Assembly: GCA_001643675.2 (NCBI GenBank)
Contig: LSRY02000027.1
Location: 1,240,001-1,304,000 of the forward strand
From: Monocercomonoides exilis PA203
Lineage: Eukaryota; Protista; Preaxostyla
Length of the DNA: 64,000 nucleotides
Reading direction: 5' to 3'
Under the pieces are notes generated by a model, which was given only the letters and a program-made list of their open reading frames with translations, ran no database searches and had not been told where the DNA came from. This document shows, one piece after another, positions 1 to 13,290 of the stretch (its first letter is position 1; each line of letters starts with the position of its first letter). Made by a program: the position numbers and the translations under genes.

Positions 1-2575
1 GATCAAATTTCAAATTCAGTTTTCAATTTTTCAATCAACTCCAGTGATCTTGATCAATCAACAGCAGAGTTCGAGTTTCTCGCTGCACCTCCTTTTATTC
101 CATCCAGAGCCCACTCGCACTCCCGATCCAAAAGCTGGTTTTCCGACGCACTTGACGAGGGAGCCTGGAAAGTGGAGTACCATTTACTCCAAGTGCTAAA
201 GGCAATTGTGTTGGTAACACAGAATGCGAACCGGAGGAAAATCCAAGCTTTAGCGACGGAATAATCTTCTTAATAACAGCGCTTCAAGATACAAGACATA
301 TGAGGATAATTGCAAAATTTGGTTTTGCCGCAGCTAAGTTATTACTGAAAGAGAAAGAAGACCCATTACTCAGCAGGGAACAACTTGAGAGGATTGCACC
401 ATTGATGCAAAAGAAACGAGAAGCAATAACACACTCTACGTATGCAGCTAGCAGGCAGAGCGCGCGTGCCTCGAGAGCTATTAACTCCAAAAGACCTTTC
501 ATCCCTCCAAAGACCCGTTTTTTTCAGAGAAAGTTGGAGGCCGTACCCAGGTCTTCGCTCGAGAGTGGGAGAAGATTGTAGTGGAAGAAGTGATTACGGA
601 GCTCATTCGACCGATTTGGAAAGGAAAAAGCGTAAGGGAACTCATAAAGAAGGAGAATGGACGATACAGAAGGTTTATCGGAGGGAAGAAAGAAGAACAA
701 GCGAGTGCGGAGTGGATCCAAGAGTGGTCGAGGATAGAAGTGCTGAACTTGCTGAACGCAGACCAGGTTTATTGCCTAAACAACATTTTCTTTATTCCGA
801 AAAAGAACAGTAAATTCATTCAAATTCAAGACTGCAGACATTTGAACACTGATTTGAAGTACATGCACTTCAAGATGGACGATCATCGAACCGTGGAGAA
901 ACTGCTGCATAAGAAAGACTGTGCGACTTCATTTGACCTTTCTCAGGAGTATTTCCTCATGCCAGTACACAGAGAGTTTTCACCTTTCTTGGCTTTCCAG
1001 TTCAAAGGAGATTTCTTCGGTTTCAGGTGAATGCCGTTTGGATACAAGGACGCACCCAGCGTCTTTATTAAAGTGATGCGCAAAGTAATGATGCAGGCTA
1101 GGAAACTGTGGAGTGTGAGATGTGTAACTTATTTTGACGATATTCTTCTTCTTCATCAGGACGGGAATTATCAAAGAGCAGCAACGAAGGAGATTGAAGA
1201 ATGGTTGGTGCAGCTAGGCTTGTTGGTAAATATGGAGAAAAGCGAACTTCAACCAAAAAGACACTTCGATTGCCTTGGATGGCGATGGGACAGCGAACAG
1301 ATGACAGTGAGACGAGAGGATCAACGACGCAGGGAGCTGAGGCAACAATGTGGGAAATGGATGAAGTGGGTGAAGCGCAACTGGACTGAAAAGGTGTGGG
1401 GTTTAGCATCCTTCATAGGGCCACGCGCTTCGTGTTCAGAGACGCAAGCTTGTTCATGAACCGATTTTATGCGGTTCTCAACAAAGGCGTGAGAAAATCG
1501 GGTTGGAATGTGGAGGTGCGCCTCAACAATGGATTGAAGAGGCAACTGGAGCTATGGTTACAGAGACTGAATACGAGTTTCAGCAGGAAGCTGGTGGACT
1601 TTGCCAGCCCGGAGGCTGTTCTTACAACGGACACATCTCCGTTTGCAGTGGGAGCAACCTTGAATATTGCGGGGAACGTCCAACATTTCCACAAACTTCT
1701 CAGCCCAACATTCAGGAACAAACATCTAATTCCAGAGAGCTTTTGGCTGTTCTCCTTGCACTCAACAATTTTTCTTCTAGCCTGGAGCGCAACAAAATCC
1801 ACAACCTGCTCCTCCGTTCGGACAATGCCTCAGTAGTTTTCAATATCAACAGGTGATGAACAGGACCGAACCTAATTTCTCTGCTGAGATTGATTCGATC
1901 GGTATGTCAATCGATGGCTCTGGCAGTGAAGGCAACTCACATTCTGGGAGAAAAGAACGCGATTGCAAACTCGCTGTCAAGACTCGCAATCACACAAGAC
2001 TTCGAGATTCGACATCAAAATCCTCGCGAAACAGAAGCAGCGCTGGAAGCCGTCCCATGTGAGATACTTTCGCAAACATAATAAACAAGAAAAGACAGAT
2101 ATGGGATTGGCCAGTAAGCCCTTGGTGCACGGACGGTCTGGCCGCAGACTGGAGAGAAGGAGTCATCTTTGCACATCCCCCTGTGCCTCTCATAATGCTT
2201 TGTCTGAGAAAAGCCCAGACGGAAAGAGCGAGAGTGGTTCTGTTTCTTCCAGCCTGGTGGTATCAAGTGTGAAGTCAATTGTTAAAAGAGATGGAGACTC
2301 ATCGAGTTGTGTGGAAGGACGCAAAGGAGGACCTGATTCCAGGAGAAGGGCTAAGAAGGACTGGAGCATCTCTGCCACCAGGAGGATACATGGCAGCGAG
2401 GCAAAACTGGTAGCAGACGAAAGCGAAATATGGTGGAAACAGAGCATGAGACAATGTTAAGTACCAGTGAGGATCCAAGGTGCCGCAAGGAACAGTGTGG
2501 CGCAGACAACATGGAGATCGTATTGCTTCGGATTCAAACACTTCAGAAGAGCATGGAGGAGCGAATTGCATCATG
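1..2575 (+). mobile_element. Truncated, decayed DIRS-type (tyrosine-recombinase) retrotransposon: gag-like region, RT, RNase H, Dam-like MT domain, start of YR region
   Basis: RT motifs FFIPKK, IQDCRHLN, FKMDD, FDLSQEYF, MPFG, YFDDIL, LGWRWD. RNase H motifs TTDTS, SNSRELLAV, RSDNASVV, HILGEKNAIANSLSR. MT-like DGLAADW..IFAHPPVPLI..CLRK..LFLPAW at ~2130-2270. TTWRSY..FKHF near 2505-2545, then the homology stops. Confidence 0.85.
581..2410 (+). pseudogene. DIRS pol (RT-RNaseH-MT) pseudogene
   Basis: In-frame TGA at 1028-1030 just before MPFG; frameshifts near 1420, 1720 and 1870 split the domains across ORFs 581-1030, 1031-1459, 1396-1836, 1503-1856 and 1890-2081. Confidence 0.85.
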
Positions 2576-3240
2576 TTTCCGCTAACAAATTCTGATTGGT
2601 CATTCTCAGAAAATATAGTGGAAAGTTGTTCAATAACAAATTGGTGTGTAACTGGTTAATATTTTGGCCTTATTAACTCGCCTAAGAATGTTCAAGAATA
2701 ATTTTTCAGATGCAAATAAAAAAATAAATTATAACTTTTTCTAAAAATACATTTTGTTATTTATTTATTTATTCGCTTTCTTTTTTAAGGCATATTTTAT
2801 TTTCAATCAGAAAGAGGGAAATATTTTCTTGAATGTTAAGAATCCAGAATTAAGAAGAAAAAACAAAAATATTAAAATTTCGAAAATATGGATCGAAATA
2901 AATGTTGAACGAGATGTTCAATTTGACGCGAAACAAGAGGTTTGAATTCTGAAATATTTTCTTTTATTTGAAATGAAATTATTGTTGATCAAGTTTTTCT
3001 TTTTGCAAAAAGCTTGAATTTAAGCATAAATATTGAAACGATTATTTAAAATTATAAAAAATAAAAAAATCAATAATATTTTTATATTTTGATTTCTTTA
3101 AAAAAATAAGAATTCCGACAATTTAAACTCAAAAGAGTTTTTTATGTATATTAGTTTTTATTGATCTATTGGTCTATTGTATTTAAATATGAAACCTGTT
3201 TCTTATAAGGGAAGGGGGGGGGATTGGGGGGGTTTCTCCT

Positions 3241-3279
3241 CCATTTAACTTCTATGGGAAACTGAAGGGTGACGTGGGG
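3241..3279 (+). promoter_or_regulatory. Conserved 39-bp motif upstream of a transposase gene (copy 1)
   Basis: 31/39 ungapped identity to 37101-37139; lies ~48 bp upstream of the ATG at 3327. A regulatory role is inferred. Confidence 0.4.
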
Positions 3280-3326
3280 AGGAAATCTTTCAAAATCATA
3301 TTTGATTTTTAAGATAAATTAAAAAA

Positions 3327-4738
3327 ATGGGAAAAACATTAAGAACAAATGAATTTAGAATTTGCAAAAACGAAGAAAAGCGTTCAAAAATTTCAAGAAT
3401 TGGTCGAAGAATCTTCTTTTTCATCATTCATCCAACAAGATAAATTCAAAATTGATAAGGGCATTTGAAGAGTTGGAGAAAATCATTGAGGAAAAAACAA
3501 AAGAAATTCCTCCTGTTGACAAACATATTTTTGATGCCGAACAAGCTGAAGAGTTGCAGTTGCTGCAATGCGAGACTATTACACAAAAAAAAGAAGCGAG
3601 GAAGCCAGAAATAGAAGATCGTAATCAACAAAGAAAAGAAAAATAGAAATCAATATGAAAAACTTGTTGTTAACGTTAGAGAAGTGTTAAAGAAATACAA
3701 TAGAAATGGAAAAGCTCTGGAAGATATTTCAAAGAAATGCAATATAAGAATATTAACTGCTTGCGTGATCGATAAAGAAGAAAAACCGCCTTGGCCACGA
3801 GGAGGAAAAGTTTACGAAAAGATCATAAAAGAGGTGTCAAAAAAAATGGCTGAAATAATCCTGCGGAATCCTTCAGATATTTCCAAAAAAATTAGCAGAT
3901 TCAGTTGGTGGTTTGTGCAAATCAAAGCCTTCTGTTGCAACAATTTGTATGCATATAAAATCAGACAAAATAATGGAGCATGGATGCCCTGTTTTCTCTG
4001 TGAAAAGGTTGCGAACATATTAAAATGAGAGAACTGACGAAAAAACATCAAAATAAAGAAAAGAATATGTCAGAAAATACATGCATCATCAAATGGAAGG
4101 AAGAACGTTCGTTTTTATTGATGAGACTGGATTTAACACTTTGGAACTGAGAACAGAAGGTTTCTCTCCTGTTGGAAAACGATGTATTCAGTACAGAGAA
4201 AAAGCGAAAATAGAAACAGTCACAGCAATTACAGCTGTAAGTGAGCTATCTGGAATTGAGAATGTAACATTTGTGGAAGGAAGTGTTAATGATCAATGCA
4301 TTCGAGTGTTTTTATTGTCATAAATGAAGAAACTTCAATCACATGGAAAAGAATCATTCTTATTTGTAATGGATAACGTGGGGCTGCATAAGACAGAGGC
4401 AGTGATTAATTTGATCACTTCAAAGAACTACGGTGTCTTATATACTGCACCAAATAGTTGCGAATTAAATCCTATTGAAAATGTGTTTGGAATGAAAAAA
4501 GCTCGACTGAAGATCCCTTCTGCTCAAAAAAAAAAAACATCAAGAAGTAAATTGAACATCTGAGTCAATCGTTGGAAGATATTACTCGAATGGACGTTTT
4601 TTGATGTCTTAACATGGCTCAATTCAATTCACTTCCTTTAGCACAGCAAGGGAAAGATCTCAGTTATTCTCACAAAATTTAACAAGCGAAGTGTAAAGAA
4701 TTGCTCATTGAAGAAATAGTTTCTGAAAGTGACGATGT
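3327..4738 (+). pseudogene. Tc1/IS630-type (DDE_3, DD34E) transposase pseudogene, interrupted at its 3' end by the giant element
   Basis: FIDETGF, MDNVGLHK, YTAPNSCELNPIENVFG, with 34 residues between the second D and the E; stop at 4321-4323 and several frameshifts. Confidence 0.85.
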
Positions 4739-5929
4739 GGGTGATTTTTTTTGACATCATAAAAAAAGATCAAAAATTTAAATAATTAAATTTATAGTGG
4801 TAGTTATTGATCAAAGAGTTTTTTTTTATTCTGATAACAAGAATTGATTTTTCATGAGTATTTAGCATGTATTGATAAAACATTTATTTGTTTAATTTTC
4901 TTAAACAAAAATCCACACTTTTTTTTTATTTTTGGTGAAAAAGGATTTATTGATCAAGTTTTATAAAAACAAACAAAAAACAAATAAATGAAACTTCAAA
5001 AAGGAAAATTGTCATATCATAATTGTAAAAACAAAACTTATAAAGAAAATCTATATTTGTAGAACAAAATGGATGTCTATATATTTGCATAATTTGATTT
5101 TTCGAAAATAAATTCAATGAATTTTTTATTTATTTTGCAGTAACTTTATCAAGTTACTGTCATAGCTGCGCCGTTCAACGACATTATAAAACTATGAACG
5201 AAATAGAAGCGAAACAACAATCGATAAACACAGCAGCTCTAACTTGACATTTCTTTCCTTATTCTTCTTATGAAATGATGCTCTAACTTTCTTCTCCATT
5301 CACCGTCCATCTTTCATCCGTTTCTGCTCTCCTTCATCTAAATCCACCATTTGAAAATGCAACTCATGTTGTCTTCTTTTATCTCCAATATTTTCCTCGT
5401 TAATCTTTCATCACACTTCTGTTCGCCTCTCACGCAAAAAAAGAACTTATTGAGCATTTCCTGCAAATTCGCTTATTTCATTTTCTTTGTTATCTTCTCC
5501 TTTCTACCAGCTCCTTCTTCCTCTACCACACCTTCGTTTCCAGTCTCATCTTTCACAACCTCTGTATATTCCACCTCACTTCTCTCATAAACCCCCTTTC
5601 CCTCGACTCCTTTAACAAGTCCAGCTGTTCCATGAGCAGCGCCATCTTGGAACACAGAAATCAGCAAACTTCCGCAGGCGAACGCTTTCCTTTCGTAAAT
5701 ATCAGCCAGTTCAGTATTATTGAAAAGGTGAATGAAGAACGAAGAAGAAGAAGAAGAGGAGGAAGAGGAAGAAAAAAATGAATTGGAAGGAGGAGAATGA
5801 GAAGAAGAAGAAGAGGAGGAGAGTGAGAAGGAGAAAGAGAAGGAGAAGGAAGAAAAAGCATATTTTGCAAATAAAAATGATAGAAATATTTTAAGCTATT
5901 CATTCTATTGCAAGTTACAAACAGATACG

Positions 5930-7000
5930 TCAATGGAAATGATGTGGAAGAATAAGAAACAGGAAGATCCTTCAATTTTTGAGCTTACAGAAGCATCCTC
6001 TTTCTCAATTTTATCTCAAAATGTTCCGATTCATCAGATTTTGGGAACATTTTCACTTGTCTCCTTTAGAATCTTCGCTTTGAACAAAAAAATTCCAAGT
6101 TATCCTCGAACCTTGATAGACGTTCTTCTGCTTCTTCTATTCATTCATCTTCATTCTTCATTCTTTATCTTTCTTCAAGTGGATCAGCGTGGAGATCTGC
6201 TTCGCCATTCAGGAGGCGAAGAAGCGAAGAGAAAAAGGTGACAGGAGATGATAAGCCATCTTCATCTTCATCATTAGTGCGCGCGATTGACCCTTCGTGT
6301 GAGTCGGTCTTGTCAGCAACACATACGTTAGCAGCAGTAATTGACGATATCGAAAGGCGGCTGAGGTGAATTTTAGTCGCATGCCACTGTCCCTGCTGCT
6401 GCTGTCGCCACGGGTATATGATGTGGTAATTTACAATATGCTGAGAAGGGTTGTTGCGCATCCCTGCGATGTGACGCTTTGGAAATGCTTTCTGTTTTGC
6501 ATGTGGAGCAGATTCTTTCGTTTCCTGCTTCGATGTGAACGAAATTGGAGAGCAAATATCTGTTCTGCAGTGAATGTGAATGAGTTCTTTGAAGTTATAA
6601 TCTGTTTATCCCCTAGCTGCTTCCGACTGCGATGGCGTTGATAGAGTTTTTATTACTGCAATCGATTCTTTTTATAACGAAGATAGACGACGACGTGATT
6701 GGGCAAGGGATTGCACAATCTTATGCAAGGAAGAAGCTGAGGAGAAGGCAATGGAGAAGGTGGGGTTGAGGATGGAGGATGCAGTTCTGAGACCAGCAGC
6801 GATTGATCCGGTAGTTCTTGAGGAGCGAGAAGAGGCAGAAGAAAATAAGGAGGAGAAGATGATGAAAAGGAGGTGAAAGAAGAAGAAGAAGTGGGAAATA
6901 AGAAGAAGAGAAAGAAATGAAGGAGATGAGTCGGAAAATGAAAATGCTGAGAAAGTGAATGGCGTTTCGATAATTTGCTGCTGAATCCTTCTTCAATTTT
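5930..7000 (+). pseudogene. Decayed member of a dispersed hypothetical gene family (paralog at ~41400-43440, minus strand)
   Basis: 6190-6300 matches the reverse complement of 43075-43180 (CCATTCAGGAGGCG.AGAAGCGAAGAGAAAAAGG...GGAGATGATAAG.CATCTTCATC...GCGATTGACCCTTCG); shared YDVV peptide; stops and frameshifts. Confidence 0.5.
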
Positions 7001-8317
7001 TGATATCAGGCAGAAAATCTGAGCAAAGCGTGGTCAGAATCGATACAGGCTTATTCTTCTCTTTTGTTGTTTTCATCTTTTCTTTTGCTCCTCTTTCTTT
7101 CTGAGCCTTTCTAATGTCTTTGTCAAATCCATCTTCTTCTTCCTCTTCTTCTTCCTCTTCTTCTTCATCTTTCTCATTATCTATGCATTTATCTGTCAGA
7201 CACAACGATCCCTTTTCATCTTTATCACTCACAAACTCATTTGCACTCCTCTTCTCATCCTTCTTCTCTCCCTTCCCTTCCTTCCCCTCCTTCTCCTCAC
7301 CCACCCGAATCCCCTGGCTAGCCACATACGCTGCATTGTTCAGAAGGATACTCTGTGGCTCGAATACATCCCTCGTCGCTGACACGCTGCTGCTTGCAAA
7401 CACACCTGCATTATCCAATCTGATCTTCCTAAGAATCACACAAAGGATAGGTTGCGACAAGGAAGAAATAGATGAAGGAGAGGAAGAAGGTAATATGTTC
7501 GATGTGTAATGGGACTTCTGTGTTTGCAAAGAGGAGTCCGCGGTGGGAGATGATGGAGTGAATGGCTTTGGTGGATTTCCCACAACAACAGAAGTGACAA
7601 ACAACTCAGTGCACGTCAATGGAGAAAAAGAAGAAGTAGCAAATGTTGAGGAGGCTGTGGAATTTTGAGTATTCGGACGAGCAGATGAGAGTGCACTATC
7701 GAATAAGCAAAATTTCTGATGACGTTCATTTGTCTTTCCCTTTCTTTGTCCCTCCTCCTCCTTTCTATTGCTGCCTGTTCTTGGATTGTGTCGAAAGAGT
7801 CAATTTGCGATGTGCAAAACTCGTCTTTCTGTTTCGTCTTCGTCTTCGCCTTTGGCTCTTCCTGCTGTCTTCCTTTCCTCTCCTCTGCACTCAATTTGCT
7901 TCTGAAATCCACCTTCTTTGCCTCTTCCATTTGAACTTGAACTTCTCTCTCTTCGCTTCTTGGAAATGTCATAAAGCGAGCTGATGAACGAAATGTGCCT
8001 AACAGCTACTTCTCCCAGCCACTGCCATTTCTCGTGCGATGCCCAATCATATCATTCACGCTGTTCAGCACAGCCGGAGCGCGGAAGCCGTACGAAGTGC
8101 CAACGTGAAGCGGGATGCTCCGCTGCAGAAGAGGAAAGCAGTTCAGATGAACATCAAATAATTCTCCTGTTCGCATTGACAGCGATGACGTTGCTGTCGA
8201 GAGGAAGAAAAGGAAATGACTAATTGATAGTGGGTGTATCAATCTTTTGAAAAACCAGCTTTTATGCATCCGAAGGTGGATGGTCTGCTCCTGCAATATA
8301 ATTGAAGAAATATGTTT

Positions 8318-8866
8318 GAAGAAGAAGAAAAAGAAGATGATGATAATGAGATAAAAGAAGATGAGGAAAAGGTAGAAGAAGAAGAAAAAGAATAGGAAGA
8401 AGAAGAAGAAGAAGAAGAAGAAGAAGAAGAAGAAGAAGAAGAGGAGAAAGAGGAGAAAGAGGAGAAAGAGGAAGAAGAAGAAGAAGAAGAAGAAGAAAAA
8501 GAAGATGATGATAATGAGATAAAAGAAGATGAGGAAAAGGTAGAAGAAGAAGAAAAAGAATAGGAAGAAGAAGAAGAAGAAGAAGAAGAAGAAGAAGAAG
8601 AAGAAGAAGAAGAGGAGAAAGAGGAGAAAGAGGAGAAAGAGGAAGAAGAAGAAGAAGAAGAAGAAGAAAAAGAAGAAAAAGAAGATGATGATAATGAGAT
8701 AAAAGAAGATGAGGAAAAGGTAGAAGAAGAAGAAAAAGAAGAAGAAGAAGAAGAAGAAGAAGAAGAAGAAGAAGAAGAAGAGGAGGAGGAGGAGGAGGAG
8801 GAGAAAGAGGAGAAAGAGGAGGAAGAAGAAGAAGAAGAAGAAGAAGAAGAAGAAGAAGAAGAAGAA
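8318..8866. repeat. (GAA)n microsatellite with a ~170-180-bp higher-order unit (3 copies)
   Basis: Unit AAAAGAAGATGATGATAATGAGATAAAAGAAGATGAGGAAAAGGTAG recurs near 8328, 8497 and 8677, separated by GAA/GAG runs. Confidence 0.9.
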
Positions 8867-11800
8867 GCATCAAAGGAATGTTGAGAAAAAGGTGTTAATC
8901 GTGATTGACTCTGCAATTATGATGACACAAATTACTCAAGCACAATTAACTGAAAAATAACAATAGGGATTAAAGTGGAATGAGGGAAGAGATATAAGAA
9001 CAGTATATGAGAACAAATTACATGTAGAATGCTTATTGAAGATGTTTTGGATAAAGGAGATGCATTGGAATAAACAGAAAATGTTAGCAGGGAGGGAGAG
9101 AAGGAGGAGGAAGGAGAAGACCATTGAACCATAAGTGGCGATATGGCAAATGAAAAAGAGGATAATAAAGCAGAGGATAAAGAAGAAAGTGATGAAGATG
9201 AATGAAAAATTTGTCTTCTTCTTTCCTTCTTTCCTTATTTTTATTTTTCTCATGAAACTTTATCTTTGTTTTCTTCATCTTCTTTTTCCTTCTCCACGTC
9301 ATCTTCCTCAATCATCTCCTCTCCTCTTCTCGAATTTCCAGAATGAAATATCTCTCTTTCTAATAATTCGCACATCTCAATAAATCATGTAGCATCCAAT
9401 GCAGAACCAGCCAACTTTCCAGCGATCAATACAGATCATCTAATTGCAACTGCTCCTTTTTAATTCAAGCAGCCACACTAAATCCGCCTTCTGCGACAAT
9501 CCTCAACCCGAACGAAGCTGGAAAGCACTATTACAAGAGAACAGAGATAAACAAAAAGAGATTTGTGTATAATCAGCAGCAACTGAAAGCATAAAAAGTC
9601 CAGAAACCTCATAATTCACTCTCATCCTTCAATCATACTCAATAAGCAAGAGAGAGCTGTATTGCCTCCAAGAAAATGAGCGTTCTCTGCGTATGTCCTT
9701 CTCAGAAGCATCTCCTTCAACACCTCCCTCATCTTCTCTTTCGTTCGTGAGTACTCATAAACAACTCCAGTTTAATTCCAAGCCTTTGTAGTCTGACAAA
9801 TTTCCCTCAATGACCTATCGGTAATTTCTTCTTTGATGTATTTACCTTCTTCTTCTTCTTCTGGTGCTGCAGCTGTTGCTGCTGTTCATCTGTCTTTATC
9901 CTCTTCACAGAATATCCACTCCTTTCATCTTCCTATTCCTTATCTTCTTCATCTTCTCTGCTTCGGAATCTTCCTTTGCTTCTTCTTCTTTCTCGTCTGG
10001 CACTTCATATCTTCATTTTAATCCTTCTTTTTAACATATATATCCGAATAGGCTAAGATCTTCTTCTTTAATATAAACCTCTTCCTTCTCTTCAACTTCT
10101 TTTTCATTTGACTCCCATCATCTCCAGAGTGTTTCTCCAATTTAATCATATATACACAAATAACCAAATATTTCCAGCTCTCAGCGCTCTTCTCTCTCTG
10201 ACTATCCGCTTTCCTCCACCCCTCATTGTCTCTTCCTGTTCGTCATCTACTCCTTTCTCTTCTTGTCCATTTGGCGATTTCTCAATTTCAAACGAATATT
10301 CTTCTTTAAATTCTGATATTTCAAGAATAAACCCTTCTTTTTTTGAAATTCATCAATTGTTTTAAATAGAATTCTTGTGGCATCAAACAACAATACTGAA
10401 ACTCCGATTTCTTCTTTGCTCATCAAGCAACATTTTCTTCAACAACAAAAACAGCAACACAAAACATACTATTCTCCACTCATTAATTAAAAATTCTCAG
10501 TCAGACTATTCCATTTATTTCTTCTGCTTATCCTTCTCCTCTTCCTCTTCTTTATTTTTCTTCTTTCTTCTTCTTTTTCATCCTCTTCATTTCCCCTGCT
10601 CCTTTCTGCTTTCTTCCACATTTTGTCATTCATCCAGTCATCTTCCCACTCCGCCACTGGCCTTTCGTCGATCACAATATTTTCCATTCAGAAACTTTAA
10701 ACAACAATTGAATAAGCTAAGGCGGAGGATGAAGAAGTGAGCATGTATTTTGAGTGTTGCTCCCTCGTCTCTAATTCCGGATACACTCATTTCTGCATAG
10801 CTTAAACATCCCATCCTAAATAACGAATCCCTCTTTTCACTCGACTTCAACTAATCCTCTCTCTTTCTCTTTCTCTTTCTTTCTCTCTCTCCAAACTCCC
10901 GTTTCTACTGCCTCGATTACTCCCATCCCTGCCTATGCCTCTTCTTCAACCTCTTCTCAATCATCACCTTCGATCGTACTACCCGATTATTCATTAATCA
11001 AAGAAGACGCTCCCCACTTGCCCCCTGCTCCTCCATCTCCACAGCTGTTCTATACATCTGCTGCTCTATCGGAAACACCTTCTGAATCTGCTCCTCCGCC
11101 TCCTTCCATATCCCAACTTCCCTTGCTGGCATCCTAGTCAAGTCCGTCTTGGGGAGTCTGCTCTCCATTAATTTTACCATCTATTCATAGCTATTTCGCT
11201 TCTCATCAGCTGCAACTTTTCCTTCTATTCCTCCTTCGCATCTGTCAACTCTTCCGTCTTCTCCCTCCTCGACGGATCCCTTGCTGCGTCCTCCTCCATC
11301 TTTTCTCAAGCCAACTAGCACACTCACCTCATCCCGATTGGATATTTTGCTCACATGGGAAATCTGCCCCTTTCAGTCTGCTCTTCGAACTTTCAGGAAT
11401 CCAGGCGTTAATCTTTAGCACATCGGCTCTCCGCTTCAAATGCTGTTTCAGCCATGTTTGCATTCGGCTATATCTCCCAGGAGCTTCATTGAATAACTAT
11501 TACGACAGATCTCTCCATAGAAAATGATAGATTTTTCCTTCTTTTTCCTTAAAACCAAATCAATCTGAAAGCTCCTGCAGCATAATAAACTCCATCTTCA
11601 CTTCCATATCGCTCGACCAGCTCGGTAGTTACTTGATCGATTAAAAACTGCAGAAATTCTTCAGTGTATCTCGCCAACTGCACCATTGTTTAAAGGGGGA
11701 CTCCCTCATCCCTTTTGAATACAACTGTGCTCCGCATCGCTATTCAACGGCATTTGAAAAACACTCAATAGATGAAAGAGACCTATCGTCAAAATAAGAT

Positions 11801-13258
11801 ACCATTTTGCTATGTTCTTGTTCACCTGAAAATGTCTTCGAATGGCATATCTCGTTGATTTATTCCTTGAGCAATCCAGCTGCACGAACTTTCCACAACA
11901 GTCAGAGGTGAGGTTATCAAACACTGCAAGATCATCAACAACAACCTCGCCATCCCGAATGTTCCCTCCGCTGGCAGCTTCATCATCTGCCCAAACGCCA
12001 ACTTGCTCTTCATCTCCTTGCTCAAGGAAGTCGACAGTTAGCTCCCCAGCACCTCCACATGAATTCTCAACAGTATATGTGCTCTTCACTGCGACATGTT
12101 CCAGCTCTCTCCCTTCCTCTTCATAGCTGTTCCCTAGCTCGTTCAAGAAAAAGAGGCAACAAATAAAATGGAACCCAAATTAATCTGTGGTTCTCTGTTG
12201 TGAAGAGGAAACCAGAAGAAAAGGAGATTCTAAACCACGATTTTGATGTTGATGAATTATTGTTCAAATCAGACAAAGAAGAAAATCTATCAAAAGGTTT
12301 TATCAGCAACTTTGGAAAGGATTGAGGTGAGCGTATATGTCCTGTTACGGGATTCGGATTGTCCATCTTTAACAAACACTTTATTCCAAAATGAGTCTTC
12401 GCTTTTGCCAAATATCAAAAAATGAAAAATAAAAAATAAAAAATGAAAAATGAAAAATGAAAAATGAAAAATGAAAAATGAAAAATGAAAAATGAAAAAT
12501 GAAAAATGAAAAATGAAAAAACCTTTAAAATAAATGGTGTAAAAGCCATCTTCTTCATTTGCTCTTCTTTAATCTTCAGCACAATTTGAGTTTCTTCGTC
12601 ATCTTGTAAATCTTATTCTATCCAATCGACCCGATCGACATAGGCTTGACATTTTATTCTCATCCTTTTTTCTTTTTGATATCGTTCTTTTTCTTCTCAT
12701 CTTGTTTTTCCAACATCTTCTTCTTCTTCTACAGCTGTTTCATCTTCCGAATAATCAGCCGCTTAATCATCACTTCTTCGTAGTTTTTGTCTTCTTCCAT
12801 CTCGCAAAGGCACTCAGTATCTGTCTTCATATGATCAAAGCGCTTTTTTTTTCCTTCTCCTCCAACAAAAATTCTATTTTCTCACTTTCTTCAGTTGTTC
12901 TTGTCTTCGAATGAAAATGTTCTGCTCCAATTATATTCTGTAGGTGAGTGGCATGTGTTGAAATTTCAGCTTCTTCAGCATTATAAAAGGTGTAACAATT
13001 GAAAGAGATTGCCACTGCTGAACGGGCAGTGCTTCAACAAGCGCATCGCTGTCTGTGGTGAAAATAGGCTGGGACAATAACTGAACTTCTATGTGGTTTA
13101 ATAAATATCAAGAGAAGATATATGTATTTGCAGAAGAAAAAAAGAAGATGTTGAAGCTTTTGAATAAGTAAAACGAGAAGGGACTTTGAAAGAAATTGAA
13201 AAAATTGTTGATGTGGTTTGTGAATGAGGTGAAAGTGAGGAATAGGAAGAAGAAGAAA

Positions 13259-13290
<32 letters not shown>

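Noticed and set aside
2580-5200. TIRs for the Tc1/IS630 and pogo pseudogenes
   Set aside because: I could not find convincing TA-flanked inverted termini by eye.
8239-8916. Poly-Ser and poly-Leu ORFs (also 30879-31541, 30922-31470)
   Set aside because: They are translations of GAA/CTT microsatellite, which lacks stops on that strand; no evidence of real genes.
12421-12520. 7-bp array as a CRISPR or telomeric repeat
   Set aside because: No spacers, no cas genes, no G-rich strand; a simple tandem repeat.
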